Assembly: GCA_032718475.1 (NCBI GenBank)
Contig: JAUCBJ010008468.1
Location: forward strand, 1-53,552
Direction: 5' to 3'
Source of the DNA: Nemertoderma westbladi
Lineage: Eukaryota; Animalia; Xenacoelomorpha
DNA: 53,552 bases
The translations under genes and the position numbers were made by a program. Shown here piece by piece: positions 1 to 13,134 of the stretch. The notes below the pieces were generated by a model, which was not told the DNA's origin, did no database searches, and saw nothing but the letters and a program-made list of their open reading frames with translations. Position 1 is the stretch's first letter. Each line of letters begins with the position of its first letter.

Positions 1-2
1 TA

Positions 3-1973
3 TTTGGGGCCTGTCTCTGCGCCCTTAACAAAAAGGGGGGAGGTCTGCGTCCAATTGCTGTCGGCAATACATTCCGGCGCTTGGTGACAAAAACTGGCAT
101 TAAACCCCTATCAGAAGTTCTTGGAGCTGAACTAAGGCCCACACAGCTAGGTTATGGAACCAAGGGTGGTTGTGAGGCAGCTGTGCATGCGACCCGGCAA
201 TATATCAATGGCACTAAGGAACAGAAGGTGGTACTGAAAATCGACATGAAGAATGCATTTAACAGTATGCGTCGTGATGTTTTCCTGAAGGCAGCTCGTG
301 ATCGTTTGCCAAGTATTTACCCCCTTGTGTGGCAGGCTTAGTCCACACCTACAGTCCTTATTTTCGGAGATCACATCATCGAATCGGCCACTGGTATGCA
401 ACAGGGTGATCCTAGTGGCCCTCTTCTCTTCGCGGTGGGAGAGGAGCCTGTCACCAAACTTGTTGGTTCAGAGCTGAATATCTGGTTTCTTGACGATGGT
501 ACGGTAGGTGGTACTACAGAGAGTGTTCTTTCGGATGTCGTGGCAATAATACCAGAGCTAGCGAAGATTGGTCTAATAGTTAACGATGCAAAGTGTGAAT
601 TGATACTACTCAACCATACACCAGAAGCCGCTACTGAGACAATCCACAAGTTCAGTCAGCTCCTCCCTAATATTAGGGTCCTAAACAAGGTGGACCAGGT
701 CCTTCTAGGAGCTCCCCTTACACGGGATGCTATTGAACCAGCTATCCAATCAAAGCTCAAGTCTCTCGAGGTGATGGTTGATCGGCTGGTACATTTTGAT
801 GCACATCAAGGCTTCACCTTACTCAAGAATTGTCTGGCAGTCCCCCGGCTACAGTACACTCTGCGCACATCACCCACATTCAACAACACTGGTGACTTGC
901 AGGAATTTGATACAGTTGTCCAAGATGCCCTTTCTAGTATCACCAATGTTAACTTTCATGCAAAATCCAGTACCCAGGGATCACTACCAGTCAGTCTCGG
1001 GGGACTTGGGATCCGTAAGTTGGAAGATCTGGCACTGCCTAGTTATATTTCCTCTCTTCATTCCACCGATATCCTCGTTAACTCCGTCCTCTCTAACACA
1101 TTTGGACTGGAGCCATCGTGTGATTTGGCAGGAGCCGTCAAGGCATGGAGGGAGAAGTTCTCTTCAGTTGAGGAACCCAGTGGGGCAGCCAGGAATAACC
1201 AGAAAGCGTGGGACACTATCTCTGCGACTATAACACAGAGAGACCTGTTTGCCAAAGCGGATCAGGTCGAAACAGCACGCCTGGCTGCAGCAGCGCAAGT
1301 GCAGAGTGGGCTTTGGCTTCATGCGAGCCCTATTCCATCTTTAGGGTCGAATTTGGATCCGGAAGCTCTTCGAATTGGTATAGCACAGAGAGTTGGTGCA
1401 CCTATCTGCCATAAACACACCTGCAAGTGTGGCAAGGAAGTGGATATTCTTGGGCACCATGCACTGTCCTGCCGAAACAGCATGGGTAGGTTCCCACGTC
1501 ATGCAGCTCTCAACGATGTGCTGAAACGTTCACTGAGCAGAGCTGGTCTACCATCTGTCCTGGAACCTACTGGGTTGGATAGGGGAGATGGGAAACGTCC
1601 TGATGGTATGACCATCTACCCCTACTCGAAAGGCCGGTGCCTGGTATGGGATGCTACATGTGTGGATACCTTTGCCCCATCCCACATCATTCGCTCTGCC
1701 ATTGAGCCATCCTCAGCATCAGCAGCAGCGGAGGAGCTAAAGCGTGTGAAATACCGCAATTTGGGTCAGCAGTACCAATTCGAACCCCTGGCCTTCGAGA
1801 CCACAGGAGTATTCGGTCCATCCACCATCAGCGTGTTAAAAGATCTTGGCCGAAGACTCATAGCGGAGTCAGGAGACCCACGCGAGAGCTTGTGGCTGAA
1901 GCAACGCATCGGGATAGCCATAGTGAGGGGGAATGCCCTTTGTGTTCGGGGTTCAATCAGCGCTGTGGAATAG
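3..1973 (+). mobile_element. CRE-clade non-LTR retrotransposon ORF (RT plus restriction-like endonuclease), 5' part outside the window, one in-frame stop
   Basis: One frame from base 3 reads LRPIAVGNTFRRL, QLGYG..GCEAAVH, KIDMKNAFN, QQGDPSGP and WFLDDG. The C-terminus has CKC..HALSC..RH, RPDG and WDATCVD. A TAG at 339-341 splits the ORFs 81-341 and 396-1973, which share a frame. Confidence 0.88.
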
Positions 1974-2280
1974 AGTTATTCTCGCCGAGGTAAAGGGAGT
2001 AGATCAAAGATTCGTCGAGGTAAAGGGAGTAGATCAAGGAGTCGTGGAGGAAAGGGGAAGAAGAAAGGAAGATGAAAAGAGAGGAAGATCGAAGGGGTGT
2101 GGGAAGAAAGGAGTGGGAAAGTCGATATCTAATCAATTCGATGTTGCAGCTGGATGGAAGAAGTTGATGAGAGGAAAATAAACAGTTGGAATGTCATTAC
2201 AGTACTTTAGGTTAATATGAGTGTTTATCTTGTCTGTAAATTCAAATATAATTTTTAAGAATATATTACTTCGGTTCGGA

Positions 2281-3068
2281 TTTTTGAACACGTTTTAGAA
2301 CGAATCCATGCGTTTTAAATAGAATCCAGATTTTTCTAAAAAATGTTCTAGAACAAAAAATATTCGTCATAGAACATATTTTTTTAAAAACAGTATAGCT
2401 AACATGTTCTGGAACATTTTCTATACAGATAGTAATATAAGAACTATCTACTACAAAATATAGCTTCTACAAAGGATGTCGGAGTCGGAACCAGTGTTGA
2501 AATTACTATAGCTAAACCTATCTAACGCCCGTGGCCACATTTTTGGATTTTTAACTGTACTTTTATACTAGCTAGTGTTTTCACTTTTTGTTGTTTTAAA
2601 TGTTCTAGAACATGTAAGTTATTGATTAAAATATGATGTTTTTCTATGGTAGCTAGTATTTTTAACGTAGCTATTGTTTAAAAAAATTTACTAGCTATAT
2701 TGAAAGGCATTACTATGTTATGGGAGGCATTACTATGGTATGTATAAGCAAAAATTGAAAATTTTTTCGATTGATTTAAATAATTGTTTCCGTGCATGTA
2801 ACTATATCATAAAAAGTCAAAATCAGAAGACAGAATGAGTGATTTCAACGGACAAGAAAAACCGACTCCTACAGTACTTCCTTCTATAAATATTTTATAG
2901 TAGCTAGTTCTTATTTCTATTTGTATAGAAAATGTTGCAGAACATGTTAACTATTCTTTTTTAAAAATATTATGTTCTGGAACAAATATTTTTTGTTCTA
3001 GAACATTTTTTAGAAAAAATTTGGATTCTATTTAAAACGCATGGAATCGTTTTACAACGTGTATAAAA
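2281..3068. repeat. Imperfect inverted repeat with arms of about 200 bp (AT-rich foldback/MITE-like)
   Basis: 2281-2488 is the approximate reverse complement of 2861-3068 (for example gaatccatgcgttttaaatagaatcca against tggattctatttaaaacgcatggaatc). Confidence 0.8.
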
Positions 3069-3249
3069 ATGAAAGGCACTACTACAGTATGTGTGCCCAT
3101 GACCGGAATTTTTTTTGTAGTTGCTAGTTTTTGCTATACTTTTTTTTAATGTTCTGTCATATTAGCTATAATTTTGTAAAAAAAAATGTTCTAGAACAAA
3201 TATTTTTCTTCTAGAACAACAAATGATGAGTACAGAAAATGTCATATTA

Positions 3250-5000
3250 AAATTTTCAATGTTATGGGTACCCACTTTTTAAACAAATTGTTTCATATGA
3301 AAATGGCTTTTATCATGAGGTTTTTTGTTCTAGAACAAATATTTAACTTTCTGCCTGTACGATGGTAGCTAGTAATTTTGATTTTGTGTTAGCTAGTACT
3401 TTTTATTAGCTAGTTAAAAAAAATTTAATTGAAAAATTGAAAAAAAATTTACCACGTTTTTTCTTGTAAAAATGTATTTTATTACAGTATTATGAGGTTT
3501 TTTTTATCTAGAACAAATATTTGACCTTCTGACAGTAAGATGGTAGCTAGTACTTTTGATTTTGTGTTAGCTAGTACTATTTATTAGCTAGTAAATGTAA
3601 GATATACCGGTAATTTAATTCTCAATTATATATTTGCATGGAATAATTTATGAGTCATAGTGTAGCTAGTAATTGTTATTTGATAGTCAAAGTAGCTAGT
3701 AATTATTCACTAGCTAGTTTTTATACAAAATATAGGCGGATGTAAAAATAGAGATTTTACTTATTTTACTTATTTAGGCCTATTTTACTTATTACTAGAT
3801 TTATTTATCTTTTTATTAGTCATTTCGAGAATATTGATGATATGTAAATTGTCTAAATAAAAGGGGCACTACAAAATTTCTTTTGTAATTTTAAGATCAC
3901 TAGCTACCTTTAAAAGCACTACCGGTTGCTACCATAATAAAAATAATAGGAAACCTCTCTCAGAAGGTGCAATTTATGTTCTAGAACGAAAAACATCATG
4001 ATAATATCCAATAACATGGTAAAAAAATTGATCAAAAATTAGGTACCAAAAATTTGGTTTTGTAATTTTAAAAATAGTAGCTACCTAAAAGAAATCACTA
4101 GCTACCATAAAAAACAATAGCTAACGACTAACAGAAGATGACATTAATGTTCTAAAACAAAAAACCTCAAGATAATAGCCATTAACATTGTCAAATAAAT
4201 GGTCAAGAAGTGGGTACCCATAACACCTATCATCAATATATTCTCGAAATGGTCAATAAAAAGATAAATAAGGTTCCACCTTGGTGTAGTGGTTGCATTG
4301 AATTCACATCTCCCGTAGGTCGTGGGTTCGATCCTCACATGGGCCAGGGCAGTTTTCGTTTCGGCACGAATGCTTTAAAGGAACCAGCCAGGGCGCATCT
4401 CTGCCTTGCATCCTTAAGTGGTAGCTAAATGAGTACTGGAGTTTCCTCTGGGGAGTAAAGTTCTGGGGGGACCGCACTGGAAATAAGTCGTCAGACTTTG
4501 TGCGTAATCCCTGGCCTAGCGGCCGAAGAAAATTTACTTTTACTTTACTTTATAAATCTATAAATTTTTTGGTTGCCCTGGAAAAGATCAAGAAAATATT
4601 GTTATTAAACACGATAAACTAGTCCTTTAAGCAACGGTAGAGTTTTGACTGAGTATAATAAAAATGTATAAAATTTACATTTCTCAATAGTAAAAACTGT
4701 ATTTTGACATCTGACTATATTTTGTATAAAAAACTAGCTACCGGTAATGAATAAATACTAGCTAGCCCTACTTTGACTATCAAATAAAAATTACTAGCTA
4801 CAGTACCATAAGAGTCATAAATTTTTCCAGGCAAAATATATAATTGAGAATTGAATTATATTTTAAATTTTATTACTAGCTAATAAATAGTACTAGCTAA
4901 CACAAAATCAAAATTACTAGCTACCATCTTACTGTCAGACATTCAGAAGGTCAAATATTTGTTCTAGAAATAAAAAACATTGTAGAAAGCATTTTTACGG
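3250..5000. repeat. Degenerate AT-rich inverted-repeat family rich in TTCTAGAA/TAGCTA motifs
   Basis: About 3480-3760 pairs in reverse with about 4690-4990. About 3260-3340 pairs with about 4145-4225, and about 3795-3840 with about 4230-4270. Confidence 0.7.
4272..4552 (+). mobile_element. tRNA-derived SINE
   Basis: A box TGGTGTAGTGG at 4282-4292, B box GGTTCGATCC at 4325-4334 and a (TTTAC)n tail. The central gccttgcatcctt..taaatgagtac resembles a conserved SINE central domain (MetaSINE-like, from memory). Confidence 0.8.
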
Positions 5001-6111
5001 ACAAAACTGAATTTCTCCTCATACAAAATCGTTTTGGTGCACAAATAGATCCGTCAAAAATCAGGATAGGCGATGATATAATTCAGACAACAGTGCAAGG
5101 GATATTGATTTTGAGATAGACTCGCACCTAACTTTCGCTAAGCAAATTAATAAATGCGTTCGGGAGGCGTTTTTTCACTTACGCAACTTAGCTAAAATTA
5201 AACGGTACCTCTCCCAGCATGATTTAGAATTACTAATCCATGCATTAATTATCAACAAGATTGATAACAACAACGCGTTGTTCTATGGAGTTCCATCTAC
5301 TCTTATTAGGAAGTTGCAACTCGTTCAGAATTCAGCTGCGCGGCTACTGACGCGAACGAAAAGAAGAGATCACATCACTCCAATCCTGAAGCGATTCCAT
5401 TGGTTACCCGTAAAGCGCAGAGTAGAATATAAGCTAGCATTGCTAACCTATAAGTGCCTCAATGGGTTAGCTCAAGTTATCTAAACGAACTCCTAATCTC
5501 ATATAGACTCTGACGTGATCTTCGCTCGAATAGTGCTGGTCTTCTCGTGGTACCGCGATTCCGTTGCGGCACCTACTGTCTGGAACTCTATCCCCCAGTC
5601 AGTTAGAGACTTAGAGAGGCACCTACTCTCTGGAACTCTATCCCCCAGTCAGTTAGAGAGGCACTTACTCTCTGGAACTCTATCCCCCAGTCAGTTAGAG
5701 AGACACCTACTGTCTGGAACTCTATCCCCCAGTCAGTTAGAGAGGCACCTACTGTCTGGAACTCTATCCCCCAGTCAGTTAGAGAGGCACTTACTCTCTG
5801 GAACTCTATCCCCCAGTCAGTTAGAGAGACACCTACTGTCTGGAACTCTATCCCCCAGTCAGTTAGAGAGGCACTTACTCTCTGGAACTCTATCCCCCAG
5901 TCAGTTAGAGAAACACCTACTGTCTGGAACTCTATCCCCCAGTCAGTTAGAGAGGCACTTACTCTCTGGAACTCTATCCCCCAGTCAGTTAGAGAGACAC
6001 CTACTGTCTGGAACTCTATCCCCCAGTCAGTTAGAGAGCCACCCTCATTGGACACGTTTAAAAATAAATAGGCTAAAGACGTTCCTATTCAGAGCAGAAT
6101 ATGGTGAATAA
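5000..6111 (+). pseudogene. 3' fragment of an L2/CR1-group LINE ORF2
   Basis: Translates as DKTEFL, FFHLRNLAKIKRYL, KLQLVQNSAARL, HITPILKRFHWLPV, APTVWNSIP and LKTFLF*, with stops and frameshifts. Confidence 0.85.
5569..6038. repeat. 42-bp minisatellite, about 11 copies, inside the LINE 3' end
   Basis: Unit gagaggcacctactgtctggaactctatcccccagtcagtta, with alternating variants. Confidence 0.95.
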
Positions 6112-6161
6112 ACTTGTAGGACCATCAATTATTTCACTTTACTTATAATGTTGACTCTTAA

Positions 6162-8308
6162 CCTTATTAGTACCGGGCTATAAAATGTTGTACAAATACC
6201 GGGGGGGTCATATTGACCCCTCCCTCTAAAATTTTCAAATTTTTACGAAAACGTCTGATATTTTATTTGTACGTAGATATCACTAGTCTGGATCCGACCG
6301 AAAAAAAAATTTTCAAAAAAATGTACTGGGGTGGTTATATTGCAGCACCAAAATTACAAGTAGTGCACAATTTTCACAAAATTTGAAAGTTACATTTTTC
6401 GGCTAATTGTTTTTCAATACAGGTTTTCTGGGGCGCAAAATACATTGGAAAATATTTAAAAATGATATGATTACTATAAATGGCTGTTTAGTCCTCTCTG
6501 CGTAGGAAAAAATGAAAAAAACAAGTAACCAGCAATTTTCAGTTAGAACACAACATTTTTAATTCACTTATACGATTCTATAATTTCACATTTTCAGGTT
6601 TTCTAGGACGCTGATTCTAATGGAATACATTTCTAATATGCCAGATCAATGCTACTTGTATTTTTCGGCGTAATTTGGCAAATTTTGGTACTGGCACCAA
6701 ATTTCGTACCCATCACCAAAAAGTACAAGTTTGCGATGTCCAGTGCTGTTTTTATTGATTCCATCGGATTCAGGACCCTCATAAACCCGTATAACGCTAG
6801 AAACAAGATGATACTATCTACTGATCAATTTGCTTATTTTATTTAAATTTGGTGCTGGCACAACAATTTTCACCCACCGGTGAAAAATACAAGTTTGAAA
6901 ACTCTTATGAAAATTTTCTGATTCCATTGAATTCAGAACCTTCACAAACCCGTAAAACAAGGTGACACAATCAATTGATATATTTCATGGTTTTCAAAAT
7001 TTGGTGCTAGCTTCACATTTTGCACCCACTTCCGAAAAATACAAGTTTGAGATGTCTAGTTCGATAATTATATATTCCATTGAATTCAGAACAGCTATAA
7101 ACCTCTAAACCGCAAGAAATAAATTGTCACAAGCTATTTTATTTATTGAATGGATTTTCAAATTTTTCGTGCTAGCACCAAAATTTGCACACAGCACCGA
7201 AAAATACAAATTTGATACGCATATTAAATTTGATACGTATATATTCCATCGAAACCAGAACCCCAAAAAACCCCGATTGCGTAAATAACAAGTTTCAAAC
7301 AATCAATTTACAAAGTTGACATATTTCAAAATTTGGTGCTGGCACCAAAATTTGGCACCTGCCTAAAAAAACAAGTTTGACATTTCTAAATTAATTTATA
7401 TGAATTCCATCCAATTGCTAACACCAAAAAACCGGTGTAAATCAAAAATAGAGATGTTACAAATCATATTTAATGAAATGTAATTTTCAAAAAACGTCAC
7501 AAATAAAGTGCCAAAATGTTAGCGAATTCAATTCCGCTAACCACCCCATAAAGTTGGGAAAGCGGTGCCTTTAAGCAATATTGGGGAGTACGAGGTTGAT
7601 TGCCAATCAACCTCGTATCACCCCAATAAACGGGGACGACAAGCCCCAAAGGGCCGCACACAATGGGGGTCAGAGGTTACACCTCCGGGAGAGGGAAAGT
7701 GACAGTAGCGGGGGGGGGGGGGGGGGGAAACACTCCCAGAGAGACGGGAGGCGAGAATTAGGTTACTAGCCAATGGGGGGCAAGCATCCGCTGAGTAATA
7801 GGGCCAACCTAGTGCAGTATATTACCTGTTGATGTATCTCATTTGTTCAGTTAGCTTACTCAGTTCAGTTAGGGCAGAACGGTAACTTTTATTACCGTCG
7901 CCGCCACCATCACCAATTATATTACCGGTATCTGCATTATACATCCTTCAACTGTGCTTTGTGCTTTACTCCTCTATATTTCATATATACATATCATATA
8001 CTACATATCAGTTAATAACATCAGAACTCTTTCAATCTAACAACAAACTCTTTCACACGGCGGGGACGCGTAAATAAAACAACCGGTCGGGATTCTCGGA
8101 TCCCGTCACACAAAAGTAGGGTTAAAAAATGGTGCTATAACTAGAAAACTACCCAATATTTTTGAAAACGGTTTTCACTACTAGGAAGACAATAGATCTT
8201 TAGGAAAAGTCATAAAATATCAGATTCCCAACTGCGTTTGTTTCAGAATTATAACAAGAAAACCGCGGAGGGTAGTCATATTGATCCCCTCCCCCGGGTT
8301 TAATAGGG
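6162..8308. mobile_element. Non-autonomous piggyBac-like DNA element
   Basis: Termini are TTAA|ccttattagtaccggg and cccgggtttaataggg|TTAA (TTAA at 6158-6161 and 8309-8312). The subterminal gtcatattgacccc motif occurs near both ends. There is no transposase. Confidence 0.65.
6680..7435. repeat. Five diverged internal tandem subrepeats of about 160 bp
   Basis: aaatttggtgctggcacc...aaaatacaagtttg...attccattgaattcagaac recurs at about 6680, 6845, 6997, 7159 and 7327. Confidence 0.75.
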
Positions 8309-8527
8309 TTAAGTTGTCAATGGCATGTAATGCATACCAGGACAGGCCCAATATTTCCAATTGGTGTTTTGTTTCAGCCTATGGAAGTAATTTCTGGGCT
8401 TCTAATTGGCTGCCCCCGGGTTTAATAGGGTTAAAAGCCATTTTCATATAAAAAAAACATAATAAAAAAATACGTCAAAAAGTGGGTACCCTTAACATTT
8501 ACCCATTTAAGAAGTTTCTGACATTAA

Positions 8528-10540
8528 CGGGCGGAATTATGAACAAAATGTAGCCACGGGCGCAACTATATGAACAAAATGTAGCCACGGGCGGAACTAT
8601 ATGAACAAAATGTAGCCATGAGCGGAACTATAAGAACAAAATGTAGCCATGGGCGGAACTATATGAACAAAATGTAGCCACGGGCGGAACTATATGAACA
8701 AAATGTAGCCACGGGCGGAACTATAAGAACAAAATGTAGCCAGGGGCGGAACTATAAGAACAAAATGTAGCCACGGGCGGAACTATAAGAACAAAATGTA
8801 GCCACTGGCGTAACTATAAGAACCAAATGTAGCCATGGGCGGAACTATAAGAACAAAATGTAGCCACGGGCGGAACTATAAGAACAAAATGTAGCCACAG
8901 GCGGAACTATAAGAACAAAATGTAGCCACGGGCGGAACTATAAGAACAAAATGTAGCCATGGGCAGAACTATAAGAACAAAATGTAGCCACGGGTGGAAC
9001 TATAAGAACAAAATGTAACCACGGGCGGAACTATAAGAACAAAATGTAGCCACGGGTGGAACTATAAGAACAAAATGTAGCCACGGGCGGAACTATAAGA
9101 ACAAAATATAGCCACAGGCGGAACTATAAGAACAAAATGTAGCTACGGGCGGAACCATAAGAACAAAATGTAGCCGTGGGCGGAACTATAAGAACAAAAT
9201 GTAGCCACGGGCAGAACTATGTGAACAAAATGTAGCCACGGGTGGAACTATAAAAATAAAATGTAGCTACGGGCGGAACTATAAGAACTTAATGTAGCCA
9301 CGGGCGGAACTATAAGAACAAAATGTAGCCACAGGCAGAACTATAATAGCAAAATGTAGCCACGGGCGGAACTATAATAACAAAATGTAGCCATGGGCAG
9401 AACTATAAGAACAAAATGTAGCCACGGGCGGAACTATATCAACAAAATGTAGCCACGGGCGGAACTATAAGAACAAAATGTAGCCACGGGGGGAACTATA
9501 AGAACAAAATGTAGCCACGGGCGGAACTATAAGAACAAAATGTAGCCAGGGGCGGAACTATATCAACAAAATGTAGCCACGGGCGGAACTATAGGAACAA
9601 ATTGTAGCCACGGGTGGAACTATGTGAACAAAATGTAGCCACGGGCGGAACTATAAGAACAAAATGTAGCCACGGGCGGAACTATAAGAACAAAATGTAG
9701 CCACAGGCGGAACTATAAGAACAAAATGTAGCCACGGGCGGAACTATAAGAACAAAATGTAGCCACGGGCGGAACTATAAGAACAAAATGTAGCCACGGG
9801 TGGAACTATAAGAACAAAATGTAACCACGGGCGGAACTATAAGAACAAAATGTAGCCACGGGCGGAACTATAAAAACAAAATGTAGCCACGGGCGGAACT
9901 ATAAGAACAAAATGTAGCCACGGGCGGAACTATAAGAACAAAATATAGCCACGGGCAGAACTATAAGAACAAAATATAGCCACGGGCGGAACTATAAGAA
10001 CAAAATGTAGCTATGGGCGGGACCATAAGAACAAAATGTAGCCGTGGGCGGAACTATAAGAACAAAATGTAGCCACGGATGGAACTATGTGAACAAAATG
10101 TAGCCACGGGCGGAACTATAAAAACGAAATTTAGCTACGGGCGGAACTATAAGAACTTAATGTAGCCACGGGCGGAACTATAAGAACAAAATGTAGCCAC
10201 GGGTGGAAGTATAATAGCAAAATGTAGCCACGGGCGGAACTATATCAATAAAATGTAGCCACGGGCGGAACTATAAGAACAAAATGTTGCCATGGGCGGA
10301 ACTATAAGAACAACATGTAGCCACGGGCGGAACTATAAGTACAACATGTAGCCACGGTCGGAATTATAAGAACAATATGTAGCCGCGGGTGGAACTATAA
10401 GAACAAAATGTAGCCACAGGCGGAACTATATGAACAATTGTTATATTTTTATATAATGATTTTAGATATTTCTTAAATGTAGCCACGGGCGGAATTATTG
10501 AACACAATGTAGCCACGGGCGGAACTATATGAACAAAATC
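8528..10540. repeat. 31-bp satellite, about 60 or more copies
   Basis: Unit gggcggaactataagaacaaaatgtagccac, contiguous and without spacers. Confidence 0.97.
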
Positions 10541-12073
10541 ACTCATAGTGTCCTCTAATTTTGACTTTTTATGTTTAAGGGGGGGGTGGGGGGGGGGGGG
10601 GTGTGGGTGGTACACCATTTTCGGACAATTCTTCGATTTATCACTCTCAGCGTTTCAAAATTGTTTGGTTTTGGCTATAATTTGGAATATAGGTGCCTAA
10701 GATGCTAATTCTACATGATAGGGTAGAAAAAATTTTCTTTTTCGCTATTTAATATTAGTTAATACAAGTTAACAATAAAAAAAACTTGGTTGCGCTTAAA
10801 ACCCTAAGGCTTTTACAGTTTTGAATCTAATCACATGAAAGTTGTTTTATATGATAGATCATAGATGGGGCAACATAACTATCAGGCGGTTTGTTATAAA
10901 TAATATTAAATTTTATTAACAAATTATTTCGAAAAGTTGTCTGATACTTTAATGCAGGGTGGCTATCTATACACCCACAGAAAGTTTCAGACTAATTGCT
11001 CAAAATTTATAGATGTAGTAGGGTTTTGAAGTTGACAATATCATAAAAAAAAATATTTGGAGATAATCGACATAGTAATAGTAATTTCAATAGGATTCCC
11101 TAAATGGAAATTGTTATAACTTGAAAACTAAAAGAGCTATTAAATAGCGGTTTTCAGATTTGGAAACACCATTCAATGGTGTCAAACAAACAGACACGAT
11201 TTTCTTACAGTAAGTAAATCTGAAGATTTACAAAAAAAAGTATAATACATAGAAAGTTAGACTAGTAAATTACAAAATTGAATCTTTATTGGTAAATGCA
11301 TGCAGGGTTTGGTTTTAGTTGCTGTAATATATCATTAATATTATTAAGTAAAATATCGAATCTAAATAAGCTTTTAGGATAGGATAATATAATTTTACAA
11401 TTATCAGAGAGGCTTAGAAGAGCGAAGAGAAGATGATGGAGGTGACGCAGTCTATACAACACCTCGCATTAGATTATTAATATTTGTCTTGAAAATCCTT
11501 AGATTTGTTGCCTGACGCACAAAGGATGTGAGTTATAGATGCACGAAAACAAATATTAAAATCAATCCAAAATATTTTAAGTTTTTGCTTATACATACCA
11601 TTAGGAATACCGGATATTGTGGGGCGAACCACGAAAAAAATTGAGATTATTTAGAGACTTTCAGGCACCATACACCATAGTCTCCCCCCAGAGAGCTAAT
11701 ATGTCTAATCATTAAATGTCTTCCCATTTCTTTGCTTTTTTATTCAATTCAATCTGAAACTCGGGAGTACTAGACCATCAATGCGGAACGGTGTCATTCA
11801 AAAGGGGCTAACCCGCCTGCAGTAGAGTCTGCCGCTAGAGAACGATATGTCTGGATGTGAAATCCTTAACCCATTCCGTTATTTATGATCCGTCTTAGCT
11901 GAAACTCGTCAGATAATATTCTAGAACACATAGTATGTCTTTGCGGAATCGGTAATCGGTCTGCAGTTCTGCAGTCTGTCTGTAGAGGGTGTATGGAAAT
12001 ATAAACCTCAAATTTCCCTGATTTCCATTCGTTTCAGTTCATCGGCCTGATGCATTGCAGCTGCACATTGATA

Positions 12074-13134
12074 TGCTGAGTCTCTGTGCTGAGACATTGA
12101 GTATCTATGCTGAGACATTGAGTCTCCGTGCTGAGACTGAGCCTCTGTGCTGAGACATTGAGTCTCCGTGCTGAGACTGAGTCTATGTGCTGAGACATTG
12201 AGTCTCCGTGCTGAGACTGAGTCTCTGTGCTGAGACATCGAGTCTCCGTGGTGAGACATTGAGTCTCTGTGCTGAGAATGAGTCTCTGTGCTGAGACTGA
12301 GTCTCTGTGCTGAGACATTGAGTCTCCGTGCTGAGAATGAGTCTCTGTGCTGAGACTGAGTCTCTGTGCTAGGACATTGAGTCTCCGTGTTGAGACTGAG
12401 TCTCTGTGCTGAGACATCGAGTCTCCGTGGTGAGACATTGAGTCTCTGTGCTGAGAATGAGTCTCTGTGCTGAGACTGAGTATCTGTGCTGAGACATTGA
12501 GTCTCTGTGATGAGAGATTGAGTCTCCGTGCTGAGACTGAGTCTCTGTGCTGAGACATTGAGTCTCCGTGCTGAGATTGAATCTCTGTGCTGAGACATTG
12601 AGTCTCCGTGCTGAGACTGAGTCTCTGTGCTGAGACTGAGTCTCTGTGCTGAGACATAGAGTCTCCGTGCTGAAACTGAGTCTTTGTGCTGAGACATTGA
12701 GTCTCTGTGCTGAGACATTGAGTCTCCGTGCTGAGACTGAGTCTCCGTGCTGAGACATTGAGTCTCCGTGCTGAGATTGAATCTCTGTGCTGAGACATTG
12801 AGTCTCCGTGCTGAGACTGAGTCTCTGTGCTGAGACATAGAGTCTCCGTGCTGAGACTGCGTCTTTGTGCTGAGACATTGAGTCTCTGTGCTGAGACATT
12901 AAGTCTCCGTGCTGAGACTGAGTCTCTGTGCTGAGACATTGAGTCTCCGTGCTGAGACTGAGTCTCTCTGCTGAGACTTTGAGTCTCCGTACTGAGACTC
13001 AGTCTCTATACTGAGACATTGAGTCTCCGTGCTGAGACATTGAGTCTCCGTGCTGAGACATTGAGTCTCTGTGCTGAGACATTGAGTCTCCGTGCAGAGA
13101 CATTGGGTCTCCATGCCTTGACATTGAGTCTCTG
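12074..13134. repeat. 19/21-bp satellite, left part (split by the BEL element)
   Basis: Units gctgagacattgagtctc(t/c)gt and gctgagactgagtctctgt. Confidence 0.96.

Noticed and set aside
8528-10540. 31-bp array as a CRISPR array
   Set aside because: The units are contiguous with no unique spacers, there are no cas genes, and the context is eukaryotic.
11880-11920. Hammerhead ribozyme on the minus strand (CTGACGA)
   Set aside because: There is no GAAA core after the putative stem II.
13133-13134. Canonical TG start for the BEL 5' LTR
   Set aside because: These bases belong to the CTCTG TSD and satellite. The 3' LTR has GG at the same position.
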